Source of the DNA: an uncultured virus (IMG/VR IMGVR_UViG_3300028454_001266)
Lineage: Duplodnaviria > Heunggongvirae > Uroviricota > Caudoviricetes
IMG/VR virus record: IMGVR_UViG_3300028454_001266
Length of the DNA stretch: 64,000 nucleotides
Direction: 5' to 3' (one strand)
Part shown: positions 1-10,023 of the stretch, piece after piece
How the letters are laid out: each line of letters starts with the position of its first letter
Position numbering within the stretch: position 1 is the stretch's first letter
Position numbers and translations under genes: made by a program
The notes under the pieces: model-generated
What the model saw: the letters and a program-made list of their open reading frames with translations, nothing else
Databases searched by the model: none
Told to the model about the DNA's origin: nothing

Positions 1-981
1 TGCCAAATACTGATTATCTGCGTCATCAGCAGGGATGCTACTTCGATTTGGCGTGGTACGATAAGGCCCCTGAACGATAAACCTCAGTTTACTCTCGGTT
101 TCTGTGGGGAAGTATACTGAGACATAGGGGCTTGGTGCCTTTATACATTGATACGCTCCGCTTTCTTGCTTGACAGGAAAGGCAATATCAACAGTTCGTT
201 GCGCATATTTGGGGATTTTCTTGGAAAACATGAGATACGAGATCAGCTCATCAGACTTGTCCGTTTTGGCGCTTCTCTCTGCGGTTCCAATTGCTGAGAC
301 AAGCATGCAGTGATCATTGATCTCAACTTTATCGAGCAGATACTCGCCGGTTATTGGCGCTTCGCCCAATTCTATCCGATACTCGATCTGTTCGAGATTC
401 TTCATGAACAGAAGTGTAGTAATGCCGAGATTCTGCAATTTTTTTGAGACCGTCGCGGTTAAGGAGTCTACTGTTGAGAAACCAGAGAAAGACTGCCCGA
501 CTGCGTAAGGAAATACAAAGCGCGTTGTGTAAGCTCTGGGTAGCGGCTCTTCGGGAATGTCCTCTGGGCGCGTGAAATCCTGTATCTCCACGGCAAAGGG
601 AATAACATCACGCTCAACGTGATTGCGGAAATGAGATGGATCGCTATAAAGCCTTACAGTGTCGCAAATGCCGAATACAGACTTGAAACCGACGCCAAAC
701 TCGCCGATTTGATTTAAGTTATCAACTTTATCCGATTTGCCAATGTCACACAAACCCTGCAAATTGCCAGACGTAAATGGCTTTCCGTCGTGAAAGACTT
801 CAAGCCTGTCTGGATACTGAGAAAACAAAATGCTTTTTGCTTCAGCGTCCTCTGCATTCTGAAGCAATTCGTAAATGAAATGAGACTTGTCCGTATAGAG
901 CTGAATGATACGCTCCAAAGCTCTGCGAAGCATCCCATCCTTATCTTGTGCAATCTTGACACTATCGGCAATGTTGCTCAT
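1..981 (-). CDS. Sacsin/No-Vein-like GHKL (HATPase_c) ATPase protein, N-terminal part; runs off the window
   Basis: Missing from the ORF track because it has no stop in the window. ATG at 981 reads MSNIADSVKIAQDKDGMLRRALERIIQLYTDKSHFIYELLQNAEDA...IGEFGVGFKSVF...YFPTETESKLRFIVQGPYRTTPNR, which are the sacsin N-terminal ATPase motifs. Starts 3 bp after the SNF2 stop. Confidence 0.85.
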   Translation of the reverse strand, partial: MSNIADSVKIAQDKDGMLRRALERIIQLYTDKSHFIYELLQNAEDAEAKSILFSQYPDRLEVFHDGKPFTSGNLQGLCDIGKSDKVDNLNQIGEFGVGFKSVFGICDTVRLYSDPSHFRNHVERDVIPFAVEIQDFTRPEDIPEEPLPRAYTTRFVFPYAVGQSFSGFSTVDSLTATVSKKLQNLGITTLLFMKNLEQIEYRIELGEAPITGEYLLDKVEINDHCMLVSAIGTAERSAKTDKSDELISYLMFSKKIPKYAQRTVDIAFPVKQESGAYQCIKAPSPYVSVYFPTETESKLRFIVQGPYRTTPNRSSIPADDADNQYLA

Positions 982-984
982 AGC

Positions 985-3900
985 TTAACCTCTTCTGATT
1001 TCTATGATGCCGTTGGCAACCAGGGATGTGTGAATATCCGCGCGTGAAGCCTGTTCGTTGATTTCCTGTACCTTGACCTGATACTTCTCTGTTGCCGAGT
1101 TCAGCTCACTTTGGTACATTCTCCGGATCTTTTCATCGAATGCATCGCGGATTTTTTGCTCCAGAGTTCTTCTCCGGTTCCTATAATTGCTGCTAATGCT
1201 TTCTAGCTTGTAGTTTGCTGTGCTTTGAATACCGGAAAGGTACTTTTGCTTTTCGCTTTGCCAGAATGCGATGTGTTTTCCTTCCAGACTACTCCATGTA
1301 TCCTTGCTGACCGATACACTCTTTGAGGATGTCTCAGCTTCTTGGAGAATGTCGGTCAGTTCCGCCGCAATCAAATCGTTGTCGCAGACCGGGACTACGC
1401 GAAACATAGGATTGAGGCCCACATAACTCCATGCAAAAATGGAGAATGGGTAGGTCCCTTGGGGAAGATCCTCCGAATAGTAGTCGAGATGGATATATGA
1501 TACTTGGCTGCTCACATAGAATTTAGCAGCCTGCTTAACCAGCGGGTGCATCGGCGTGATGAAGAACGCGCGCCTTTCCTTGGAGGCCGTTTCTGTTGTG
1601 AATGTAAGCCTGTGAAGCGGTTCAGATCCCTTGAGGTAGTTTTCCCAACGACGCTTTTGTGCGGACTTGACGTTGGACAGTTTTCGAAAATCCTCAAGGA
1701 GAGATATGCGCGCCTCCTTGCTCAACCGAATCTGCTTTAGTTCTGACGTTCCGATGATGTACTGGCCTTCACCGAGGCGATCACTCAGATAACGCTCAAC
1801 CAAGCGCTGGATGTTAACTGGCGAAATCCACGGGCTCTCGGCGTCTTTAATCTCCTTAGCAGCCGTGTAGTTCGAGAGATCAAAGCCGAATAAGGCTCGT
1901 TCTTCATCCTCTAGTTTGCTCAATTCCTGCATCCGGCGTACTTCGTTATCAGCCATCTGTTCCAGCTTGACGCGCCTCTCATCATCTGTGAGCACAGTGC
2001 TGACAGCAATCTGTTCTATTTGCGCACCGATTGAGCCGAGGACTTCCTCGCACTCGCCGATACTACGCTCGAAGATACCAATTCTCATAAGGCATCTGGA
2101 ATAGATGTCCGCATCCACCGTATCGGCTGTGATGACATTATAAATGTTGACGGCCTCGCTCTTTTGACCGCGACGGTCAATGCGACCAATGCGCTGCTCA
2201 ATCCGCATCGGGTTCCATGGCAGATCATAGTTGATCATGGTATCGCAGAACTGATAGTCAAGGCCCTCCGAGCCGACCTCCGTAAACAGAAGCAGATCAA
2301 GCGCGTCGGGGTCGCTCTTGTCCAGCTCAAAACGCTCGCGTAGATCGCGGCGATCATCGTCCTTTATGCTTCCGTTAATCTGCGCCACACGGTAGCCACG
2401 ACTCCGCAGCTTGTTCTCCAGATAGGCAAGCGTATGCCGGAAAGAGCTGAAAAGGATAATTTTGTTGTTGTCCTGCTTTTGCTTCTCATCGATAACCTTG
2501 AGTACGCTGTCGAGTTTCGGGTCGTCGTCTGGCAGCAAATCGGCCAGTTCCAGAACATGATGGGCAAGCGCCATCAGCACAGAAGATGCCTTATCATCCA
2601 GATCATAATCATCCATGTCAATATCCGGGTCTTCAACCATTTGGTTGAAGCGGCGCGTGATAAGGTCACGAATATGCGGAGCAAGGCCAAAGATACAACT
2701 TGCTGCCTGACGCCGGATTGTGGACATCATAAAGGGTATGCAGCGTGTGTTATGCAGTTTGGAAAGCGCCTCAAACTCGAATTTAAGCAGTTCGTTATGC
2801 AGGTCGTACTGCTGAGGTGTAAATTTGGTCTCAACGGTATAGGAACGACGAATGCAGAAATCCTGAATGTCTTTCCTTCTGGTTCGGTTGAGCATGGTGT
2901 TGAAACTATGCAGGGATTCAACGTCGGAGACGAGCTTTACTCGATCCTCGCGACTGATATTCGGCATTTCAAGCCTTCTCAGGATATCTGCATAAAGCGG
3001 ATTCTTGGCGATGACATTCTCACCCCATTGCGTCGTCTTGATATTGTGCATTTCTGCAATGGCGGTTTCCTGCCATCCCTCTCCGGCGCCACGAATGGCA
3101 TGGGAGCACTTATAGATGAACTCGTTCGGTCGAGACATCATCTGGAAGACTTCCTTATCCATTATGACATCAGGCCTGAGCAGGTTCATCAAGGTGAAGA
3201 GGTCGTCATCGCTCGTTTGGAGTGGCGTGGCCGTAAGCATTACCACAGCATCCGCATGTTCGCAGAAGTAGCGGACGCACTTGTACGCATAGGCTTTGTC
3301 CTTGTCCAGACTGCCGTTACGAATGTGGTGAGCTTCATCCACGATTACGAGGTCATAGTGTGGAGCCGGATCAAGGTCAAGGAGTCCATATTGTCTGCCT
3401 CTCCGATGCTCCTCGCCTTCGTACACGCGGCTGTCCAGAATGGAATAGGGGATGATGGCTTTGCTGTAGCGAGCCGGCCATTCTTCATCCCGATGCGTGT
3501 CGGAAATGGCCTGACGAAGAATTGAGCCGTCCAGCGGTATGAAATCTTCGTCGAATCGTTTCATTTCAAGCTCCCACTTGCGCTCAGCAACGAGGGGCTT
3601 CGGGCAGACAATGAGAATGTTATCCAGTTCGTTTCTGGCTTCGAGTTCTTTGATAATCAGTCCAGCCTCAATCGTTTTACCGACACCGACACTATCCGCA
3701 ATCAGTATTTTTGGCTCGTCTGACTTGATCAGCTTCAGTGCAGGCCGGAACTGATAGGGTACAAAGTCGATCCTTGCTGCATTCAAGGAATAGAGGTTGC
3801 CTGCTGATGGGTTATTGATCTCATACGCGGTCAGGTCACTCAGAAGTGTGCCTACATCAATCCAGCTATACGAAGGAGCAGAGTCGATTTTCTGGATCTG

Positions 3901-4566
3901 ACCGTCATAGAACGTCTTTATCTCTCCGTCTACGAAGACCTCGTATTTCCTTGTCCCGTTGATTACATCGACGGAGAACACCATACCCTTTGTGTCTGGA
4001 TCTCCGACCAGGAATACACGATCCTTCTCCTGAATTTCGCCAGGGTTGGTAGACTCCTGCGCCTGCGGAGTTGAAACAGACGGCGTTTCATCCTCGAACA
4101 CAGCTGAAAAGTCCGCGGACTCGACATCCTGGCGGAAGGCGTTAACGCTGTCTGTATATTTGTTGGTCAGCATTACGTTCTCAAAGAACGACAGAAGAGT
4201 GTCAATATCCCTCAATACGACGTCCTTATCAGCAATGGCCCCGGCAAGATGCGCCCAGTTGTTTCTGACCTTGACCATCTCGCGGACGCACTGCCGGTCG
4301 CGTGTGGGGAGGTAGGCGAACGAACGCATATCATACCACGATCTGTCCGCAACACGGAGAAGGGCTGCAAGATCCAAGTCTTCCAACTTGGAGTAACCGT
4401 TTTCCTCTGCAAACCCTTTTTGAGCGAAGGACAGATTATCCATCACGCACACCTGCCACCAGTCTTCGCTTACGCGAGGCAGCATTTTACCAAGCCAAGC
4501 ACATAGCGCTTTGGTTGCGGAGTGAAGGTATTCATGCATCTTGCTGACGATAACTTGCTCGTTCAT
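985..4566 (-). CDS. SNF2/RapA-family helicase with N-terminal Swt1-like HEPN domain
   Basis: LIADSVGVGKT, DEAH, LTATP, EGLD, QRIGRIDRRGQ helicase motifs; N-terminal DLAALLRV...REMVKVRNNWAH carries the HEPN RxxxxH motif. Confidence 0.88.
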   Translation of the reverse strand: MNEQVIVSKMHEYLHSATKALCAWLGKMLPRVSEDWWQVCVMDNLSFAQKGFAEENGYSKLEDLDLAALLRVADRSWYDMRSFAYLPTRDRQCVREMVKVRNNWAHLAGAIADKDVVLRDIDTLLSFFENVMLTNKYTDSVNAFRQDVESADFSAVFEDETPSVSTPQAQESTNPGEIQEKDRVFLVGDPDTKGMVFSVDVINGTRKYEVFVDGEIKTFYDGQIQKIDSAPSYSWIDVGTLLSDLTAYEINNPSAGNLYSLNAARIDFVPYQFRPALKLIKSDEPKILIADSVGVGKTIEAGLIIKELEARNELDNILIVCPKPLVAERKWELEMKRFDEDFIPLDGSILRQAISDTHRDEEWPARYSKAIIPYSILDSRVYEGEEHRRGRQYGLLDLDPAPHYDLVIVDEAHHIRNGSLDKDKAYAYKCVRYFCEHADAVVMLTATPLQTSDDDLFTLMNLLRPDVIMDKEVFQMMSRPNEFIYKCSHAIRGAGEGWQETAIAEMHNIKTTQWGENVIAKNPLYADILRRLEMPNISREDRVKLVSDVESLHSFNTMLNRTRRKDIQDFCIRRSYTVETKFTPQQYDLHNELLKFEFEALSKLHNTRCIPFMMSTIRRQAASCIFGLAPHIRDLITRRFNQMVEDPDIDMDDYDLDDKASSVLMALAHHVLELADLLPDDDPKLDSVLKVIDEKQKQDNNKIILFSSFRHTLAYLENKLRSRGYRVAQINGSIKDDDRRDLRERFELDKSDPDALDLLLFTEVGSEGLDYQFCDTMINYDLPWNPMRIEQRIGRIDRRGQKSEAVNIYNVITADTVDADIYSRCLMRIGIFERSIGECEEVLGSIGAQIEQIAVSTVLTDDERRVKLEQMADNEVRRMQELSKLEDEERALFGFDLSNYTAAKEIKDAESPWISPVNIQRLVERYLSDRLGEGQYIIGTSELKQIRLSKEARISLLEDFRKLSNVKSAQKRRWENYLKGSEPLHRLTFTTETASKERRAFFITPMHPLVKQAAKFYVSSQVSYIHLDYYSEDLPQGTYPFSIFAWSYVGLNPMFRVVPVCDNDLIAAELTDILQEAETSSKSVSVSKDTWSSLEGKHIAFWQSEKQKYLSGIQSTANYKLESISSNYRNRRRTLEQKIRDAFDEKIRRMYQSELNSATEKYQVKVQEINEQASRADIHTSLVANGIIEIRRG

Positions 4567-4589
4567 TTCAGCGCTCCCTTTATCTGTTT

Positions 4590-7427
4590 CTACTGGAAGA
4601 AGCCGACCTCATCAAAGATATGGTTGAGCTCGTCGTTTGTGGAGCAGTGAGATACTCTGTCACGGACAGAGCTCTTTGACATATCGAGGCGATAAGCTTT
4701 CTCTGTACCTGTTGAATCATTCTTCATGCGAATGAGCTGGATGCGGCCGACGCCTGGATTCTGCCGTGCGTATTCCGCGAATCCCTTTGCTTTTCCAAGG
4801 TTATCTATTCTGGTTGGGTCATGCGGTTCAAGAATGTCCACGATGTAATCCGGGCCGTCGCGTCGGATTACCAGAAAGTCAGGATACGTCGGCTTTTTCT
4901 CTCCGCCAATCTCATAGGGAATGCACAGCGACCATGATCCTCTGGACGGATTGCGCAGCCAGCATACAAAATCATCCTTCTTTTCTTCCTCGGCGATAAC
5001 CTTCCGTTCCCAGCCGTTTAGGTTAATGAGCGCTGTGCCGGAATCATCCACAAACAGATGGTTGCTGTAAAGCTTGCCCTCCACCTCATGCGGGACATGA
5101 ATGAACTCCGGCAAACAGAAGCTATGCTTGCTGACAAGATCGCCGTCAGACACGATGGAATCATACTTTTTCCTATATTTCTCGGGAAGAGTAACCGTCT
5201 TGCGCCTGTTGGCATCGTTCAGATCATGGAACTTGTCTTTTGCGTAGGAATTCAAGTCATCCATGCATTCGGAGTCTGCCGCATAAATAATGACTTGGAT
5301 TTCAAGACTCAACACGTCTTCTTCGTCAAAATAGCGGTTGACGTAGGATTTTCCGATTCCTTCATTCCCCAATCGGGTCTCTGCCAGCCGGAATTGACGT
5401 TCGATATCCGTGTCTGTCGTGTAAACTAAGTCCTCGATGGGGAAATCGTCGATAATGCGTCCAAAAGCGTCAAAAACCTGAGTGTTAAGCTTGAACTGCA
5501 ACACCTTGTTTGCTAAATCATCATAGGTGCCATTGCTCTTAACCTTTGCGATGTGCGCATGAATCTTCTCTGTGATGTCTTTTTTGATCTCGTCCATTGC
5601 GTCGAAGTCAATTTGCATCATCATCAGGAATCGCGCCAGCGAGAACATTGACTTGAGGTAATTTGAAACCATTCGTCCGCGCACATGGTAAGTGAGAAGC
5701 CCTGCGTCGTTGATTGCCTTGACTACAGCCGGCCTATCAATATTCGACTGTGCCGGAGCGGGAGATTGCTGAGAAGACGCAGGATTCGTCTCTTGGTGGA
5801 CGCCTTGTGGTGCCTGAAGAACATCGGGATCAGCGGAAACGGGCTGCGGCACGACATCGGGTGTAATCGTTGGCTCAGGTGAGGTGGGCGGATTGCTGAT
5901 TCGACTTTCAACCGGTGTGGGAGTCACAGCGGGATTCGGCGCCGGGTTATCAAGAACAATCTCCCCGCTATTTGCCCAGGAAACCTGCCCTGCAACCTGA
6001 GGACGATCTACGCCAGGCTGACGCGGAGCACTTTTGAATGTTGGCCTCAAGCTGAGAATATCATAGTTGCTGGTGCCGATCTGCTCGGCCTCAACATCGG
6101 CAGGAATCGTAGCGCCTTCCTCATCTTTAAGAGCCTCGATGACCTCTTCGACGGTTTCTCTATTGAACTGAGGCAGGAACAGATAAACGTCATTAAGGGT
6201 CTCGTCCACGTTTATGTGTTGCTGCGTGGGCGTGCGGATCATCCTTCCGAGAAGCTGAGAGACATAGGTGTAGTCCGTCGCATGGCGGAATGACATCATT
6301 GTTTCGGCTCTCGGGCAGTCCCAGCCTGTGGAAAGCGTCTCCTTGAAGAAGACGACTCTGATGCGCTTATCATCCGAAATTCTCGACGGTTCACAGTACG
6401 GAACGTCCAAGCCGTTGATTTGAAGCGTCGGCGTTCCCTCACCGAAAGCGTGAACAACCTGACCTTCAATAAAGTGATCGCCAAGACGTTCTTCCATGAT
6501 TCGGACGCACTCATTCAGATCGGTTGCCGATATCTGGCTTCCACTGCCGTTTTGCACCTGAACAACAAGAATCGGATTGACTTGACCATAGTGCTGCTCG
6601 TAGCAATACTGATACCAGTGGCCACACATCTCTCTCCACTGATCAGTGGCGGCTTGCAGCATGGCCATGTCATTCCCTTGATGCTCAGGGTACTTGACAA
6701 AGATGCGATCCTTCAGGAGACCGGATGCGCGCACATCATCTGGCATGGTGCGGACATAATGCGTGGTGGACTGGATGTTCTCTACGAGCCGGTTGAATCT
6801 CTGCGGTGTGGCTGTCATACCAATAACAACAGGCATTGCGGGAAGATGATCGGCATCCGAACCCTTCAGGAACTTCTGCATGATTGTGGTGTTCTTGGAG
6901 AGATCACTCGGCTTTTGCGCGCCGCGATGCGCTTCGTCGATAATGAAGTAAAAACGATCCGACTTCTCGCGCACCGTGTTGGCAAGAGTTTCCCAGATGG
7001 TGTATTGGCGTCCATCCGAGTGCTTAGTCAGATTGCTGGACTTGGAGAGCTTCTGGGTGTTGAGAAAATAGATATGCCCGTCCTCCAACACTTCCATGTC
7101 AAAGGAGTCGTCGCTAATTGTAATGCACTGGTTCAGTGCAATCTTGTCAGCCTTGAGGTCAATTTTCAACTTCGACTGCTCATTGAGCTGTGGCGAATCC
7201 GATAACCAAACGAAGATGGCATTACTCTGATCAGGATACTGCTCATTGCCATAATAAATGGACTCAATCAATGCCGACATCACGATAGTCTTGCCCGCTC
7301 CTGTAGGGGCAGTATAGGAGACTACCTGTGGCGTGTGAGTGCTCTGATAGTTTCCGAGAGCTATAGCGGTATTCTGACGTAGCCTGGCAAGAGCTTCCTT
7401 CTGGAACGGGAACAATTCATTCTTCAT
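4590..7427 (-). CDS. res: Type III restriction Res-like DEAD/DEAH helicase-nuclease
   Basis: APTGAGKT, IIDEAH, MTATP, STGWDCPRA, QLLGRMIR; C-terminal YPDF...ILEPH PD-(D/E)xK-like nuclease; directly downstream of the methyltransferase. Confidence 0.82.
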   Translation of the reverse strand: MKNELFPFQKEALARLRQNTAIALGNYQSTHTPQVVSYTAPTGAGKTIVMSALIESIYYGNEQYPDQSNAIFVWLSDSPQLNEQSKLKIDLKADKIALNQCITISDDSFDMEVLEDGHIYFLNTQKLSKSSNLTKHSDGRQYTIWETLANTVREKSDRFYFIIDEAHRGAQKPSDLSKNTTIMQKFLKGSDADHLPAMPVVIGMTATPQRFNRLVENIQSTTHYVRTMPDDVRASGLLKDRIFVKYPEHQGNDMAMLQAATDQWREMCGHWYQYCYEQHYGQVNPILVVQVQNGSGSQISATDLNECVRIMEERLGDHFIEGQVVHAFGEGTPTLQINGLDVPYCEPSRISDDKRIRVVFFKETLSTGWDCPRAETMMSFRHATDYTYVSQLLGRMIRTPTQQHINVDETLNDVYLFLPQFNRETVEEVIEALKDEEGATIPADVEAEQIGTSNYDILSLRPTFKSAPRQPGVDRPQVAGQVSWANSGEIVLDNPAPNPAVTPTPVESRISNPPTSPEPTITPDVVPQPVSADPDVLQAPQGVHQETNPASSQQSPAPAQSNIDRPAVVKAINDAGLLTYHVRGRMVSNYLKSMFSLARFLMMMQIDFDAMDEIKKDITEKIHAHIAKVKSNGTYDDLANKVLQFKLNTQVFDAFGRIIDDFPIEDLVYTTDTDIERQFRLAETRLGNEGIGKSYVNRYFDEEDVLSLEIQVIIYAADSECMDDLNSYAKDKFHDLNDANRRKTVTLPEKYRKKYDSIVSDGDLVSKHSFCLPEFIHVPHEVEGKLYSNHLFVDDSGTALINLNGWERKVIAEEEKKDDFVCWLRNPSRGSWSLCIPYEIGGEKKPTYPDFLVIRRDGPDYIVDILEPHDPTRIDNLGKAKGFAEYARQNPGVGRIQLIRMKNDSTGTEKAYRLDMSKSSVRDRVSHCSTNDELNHIFDEVGFFQ

Positions 7428-7433
7428 AGTCGC

Positions 7434-9515
7434 TTACCTCCTGCCAGAATTGATGCGGAAGTTGTCGAGATAATCACGATAGAGCTGATATGTTTCTTTA
7501 ACATTTAGACCAGAAATCATATCCTGATACCCTGATTCCGAGTCTGTAACAATGTACACAGTCTCAATCTCCGGGTGCTTGTCCATATGCTCAATAAACT
7601 CCATGTATTTTTTCTCATCCACCAAAACAGCGAATCTGTTCTCCGGCAGAATCAACATATCTGGTGTGGCGTCCCCAATAACAGGGCATTTGCCGACTGC
7701 GCCAGCTTTCATCCATAATGTAGGCAACATTTCCTTAAACTGCCGGCCAAGCGCAACAGCATTTTTATCGAGGAAGCCAAGCTTGAAGAAAGCGGCGTTT
7801 GCCTTGAAGCCGTCCGCCATGGGCATATCACTTCCGAGATAGTTTCCTTTCAACGGATCGCCATTTATATCGTGGCCCTCAATGGAACAAACAGTTCGTG
7901 GCCAGGTTACAAAACGAGCAATACCTAGATCCTCCCATTTTTTATCGCCCGGCTTTATTCCTTGCCTTGACATGACTTTTGCTTCCTCATCGGAAACCTC
8001 GTTGTTGGTAACGAGGATGCATCTGCGATGACCTTTATCCTCTGCATTTAGAAGGTTGACCGCATGAAGCGTTGTTCCAGAGCCGGCAAAGAAATCAACC
8101 ACAAGTGCATTTGGCTTATTCGAGACAAAAAAGCGCAATGCATCGTGGACGGCATATAAAGATTTGGGGAAATTGAAGCGTAGACTAGGAAAAATGCGTT
8201 TTAACAAACTTGAACCAAAATCGCCCGCACTGTGTGACTGCTGCACCCATGTAGTTAAGGGCGTAACTGGTTTTCGAGATTCGCCGAGTATAAGTGATCC
8301 ATCATCATTTTTTCCCAGAATATCAATTTCGCCGTTTTCGACGGCCTTCATCATGCCTTCCTGTAAATGCGATACAGTTCGAGAAGTGTCTCCTGGCTTC
8401 CAAACTCCAAATCGAACATAACCTTTTTTCAACTTCTCAACGAATGTTGCCGGTTGTAGTCCCCACGTTGCCTCATCTCCGTTTTCACTTAATGGGAATA
8501 CCGAAAAGCACCCATATGGCGGGATTACCGTGTTCCTATCAACGTCTATCGGCAAAGGTTCACCGACACTGTTGAACTTGCCGTCTACAGTATTAAAGAA
8601 CAAGGGGTAGAAAAGGTTCGGCCGCGCACTTCTCCTACCGTTTGCTCCACGTCGGATTAGACCATCCCACCGTGCTGTACGTTTCTCGACTTGATGAAGC
8701 ATGTCGTTTTCGTTCTTTACGACTTTTGAATCGCCAAAGAATACGAAAAAAATATATTCATCGCTTCTGCTGAAATACTGCTGCCGAGAAGAGCCGCTTG
8801 GGTTTATAACAGAAGTAATCATCTGAATTCCCGCTTCGGGAAACATGTCTTCCAGTAAACAGCCGAGGTGTAGGTACTCTTTTTCATCAATGGTAATAAT
8901 CAGAACAGAATCTCTTGGATTGAGCAACTTCTTTGCTATCTTCAACCTTTTCTGCATCATCGATAGCCATTTGCTATGTCGATATTGGTCGTTGCTGTCC
9001 ACATAGTCGTTATTATATTTCCAATCTCGTGCACCAGTATTGTAGGGCGGATCGATGTAGATACAATCCACCTTGCCTGCATAGAGGTATTCGAGGAGCT
9101 GAAGTGCATGATAGTTGTCCGCCTCAATCAGGGTGTGCCACAGGTCGCTGTCTGGCGCATTACAGACAGAATCAACAGGCTTGAGATACGGATAGATGGG
9201 CTCGCCAAACTCCGCGACGCTCACAAGATCTTCCGCCGCGCACTCTACAGTTGCGCTCTTGTCCTGCTTCAAGCAGGTTGCCTTGCCTTCCTCCAGCTTG
9301 AGAACGGTATAGATATCGTTCACCGGCCCGGTTTTCAGCGCAACCTTGGAACCCCGCTTTACCGGGATATCGTATAAGGGTGTGCATTCTGGCAGGTGCT
9401 CTTCAAACACCAGGCCGAACTTCTTTTGCTTTGCCAGACGCTCCACCTCTGCTTCGATTCTTGCTCGAAGTGTAGGATCTTCAATCTGGGATACCAGTTC
9501 ATTCAGTGCAGACAT
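7434..9515 (-). CDS. mod: Type III RM Mod-like site-specific DNA methyltransferase (beta class N6/N4)
   Basis: IDPPY catalytic motif precedes DFFAGSGTT SAM-binding motif; KKFGLVFEEH N-terminus; start placed at ATG 9515 with GGAGG RBS. Confidence 0.9.
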   Translation of the reverse strand: MSALNELVSQIEDPTLRARIEAEVERLAKQKKFGLVFEEHLPECTPLYDIPVKRGSKVALKTGPVNDIYTVLKLEEGKATCLKQDKSATVECAAEDLVSVAEFGEPIYPYLKPVDSVCNAPDSDLWHTLIEADNYHALQLLEYLYAGKVDCIYIDPPYNTGARDWKYNNDYVDSNDQYRHSKWLSMMQKRLKIAKKLLNPRDSVLIITIDEKEYLHLGCLLEDMFPEAGIQMITSVINPSGSSRQQYFSRSDEYIFFVFFGDSKVVKNENDMLHQVEKRTARWDGLIRRGANGRRSARPNLFYPLFFNTVDGKFNSVGEPLPIDVDRNTVIPPYGCFSVFPLSENGDEATWGLQPATFVEKLKKGYVRFGVWKPGDTSRTVSHLQEGMMKAVENGEIDILGKNDDGSLILGESRKPVTPLTTWVQQSHSAGDFGSSLLKRIFPSLRFNFPKSLYAVHDALRFFVSNKPNALVVDFFAGSGTTLHAVNLLNAEDKGHRRCILVTNNEVSDEEAKVMSRQGIKPGDKKWEDLGIARFVTWPRTVCSIEGHDINGDPLKGNYLGSDMPMADGFKANAAFFKLGFLDKNAVALGRQFKEMLPTLWMKAGAVGKCPVIGDATPDMLILPENRFAVLVDEKKYMEFIEHMDKHPEIETVYIVTDSESGYQDMISGLNVKETYQLYRDYLDNFRINSGRR

Positions 9516-9532
9516 TATTTTCCCTCCGTGGT

Positions 9533-9811
9533 TCAATTAACAGTACTTTTCTCTTGCGGGCAACTAGACTCAAAGGGTGGAGCAGATGAATCGTTTTTAC
9601 CCTTGGACCTATCTCTACTCCGCTGGCTAAGTCCGATGTAGTTTCCGCTTTTTATTCGGGCATCGCTAGGCTTTTCTGCGTCCGCTGGAATCATCCATGC
9701 GTTCCCAAATTTCCTCGCGCCAGGAATGCGCCCCTCAGAGCATAGTGTTGTCACCCAGCGCCCCTTGAGGCCCCATTTTTCGGCAGTCTGCGAGATGGTC
9801 AAGTATTCCAT
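9533..9811 (-). CDS. Small excisionase/MerR-like HTH DNA-binding protein
   Basis: YLTISQTAEKWGL...LCSEGRIPGARKFGNAWMIP; first gene of the RM operon. Confidence 0.8.
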   Translation of the reverse strand: MEYLTISQTAEKWGLKGRWVTTLCSEGRIPGARKFGNAWMIPADAEKPSDARIKSGNYIGLSQRSRDRSKGKNDSSAPPFESSCPQEKSTVN

Positions 9812-9830
9812 AAAATCACCCCTTCAAGCA

Positions 9831-9860
9831 AAAAGAGGCTTTGCAATACGGCAAAGCCTC
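9831..9860 (-). terminator. Intrinsic terminator-like hairpin in the leader of the RM operon
   Basis: Minus strand GAGGCTTTGC-cgtatt-GCAAAGCCTC followed by TTTTT. Confidence 0.6.
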
Positions 9861-9908
9861 CTCCGGCTGCCTCTTTCTCTATGCAGCTATCAGTTAGCAG
9901 GTGATTTC

Positions 9909-9937
9909 ATTTTACGCTAAAATTCGCGGAATATCAA
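9909..9937 (-). promoter_or_regulatory. sigma-A-like promoter for the HTH/RM operon
   Basis: Minus strand TTGATA-17 bp-TAAAAT. Confidence 0.55.
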
Positions 9938-10023
9938 TCAGAAAAGAATTTGTGATGATACATTAGCGGATTCACCAGAGATGAGGTTGATTCTTTGTGC
10001 GAAACGGCAAATCGCTTGAGATG

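Noticed and set aside
317..1047. Short ORFs listed in the track at the left end
   Set aside because: They overlap the real sacsin-like reading frame (1-981, minus), which the track missed
985..9515. DISARM or BREX assignment
   Set aside because: No DrmA/DrmB/PLD or PglZ/BrxC recognised in the window; gene content fits type III-like RM with accessory genes
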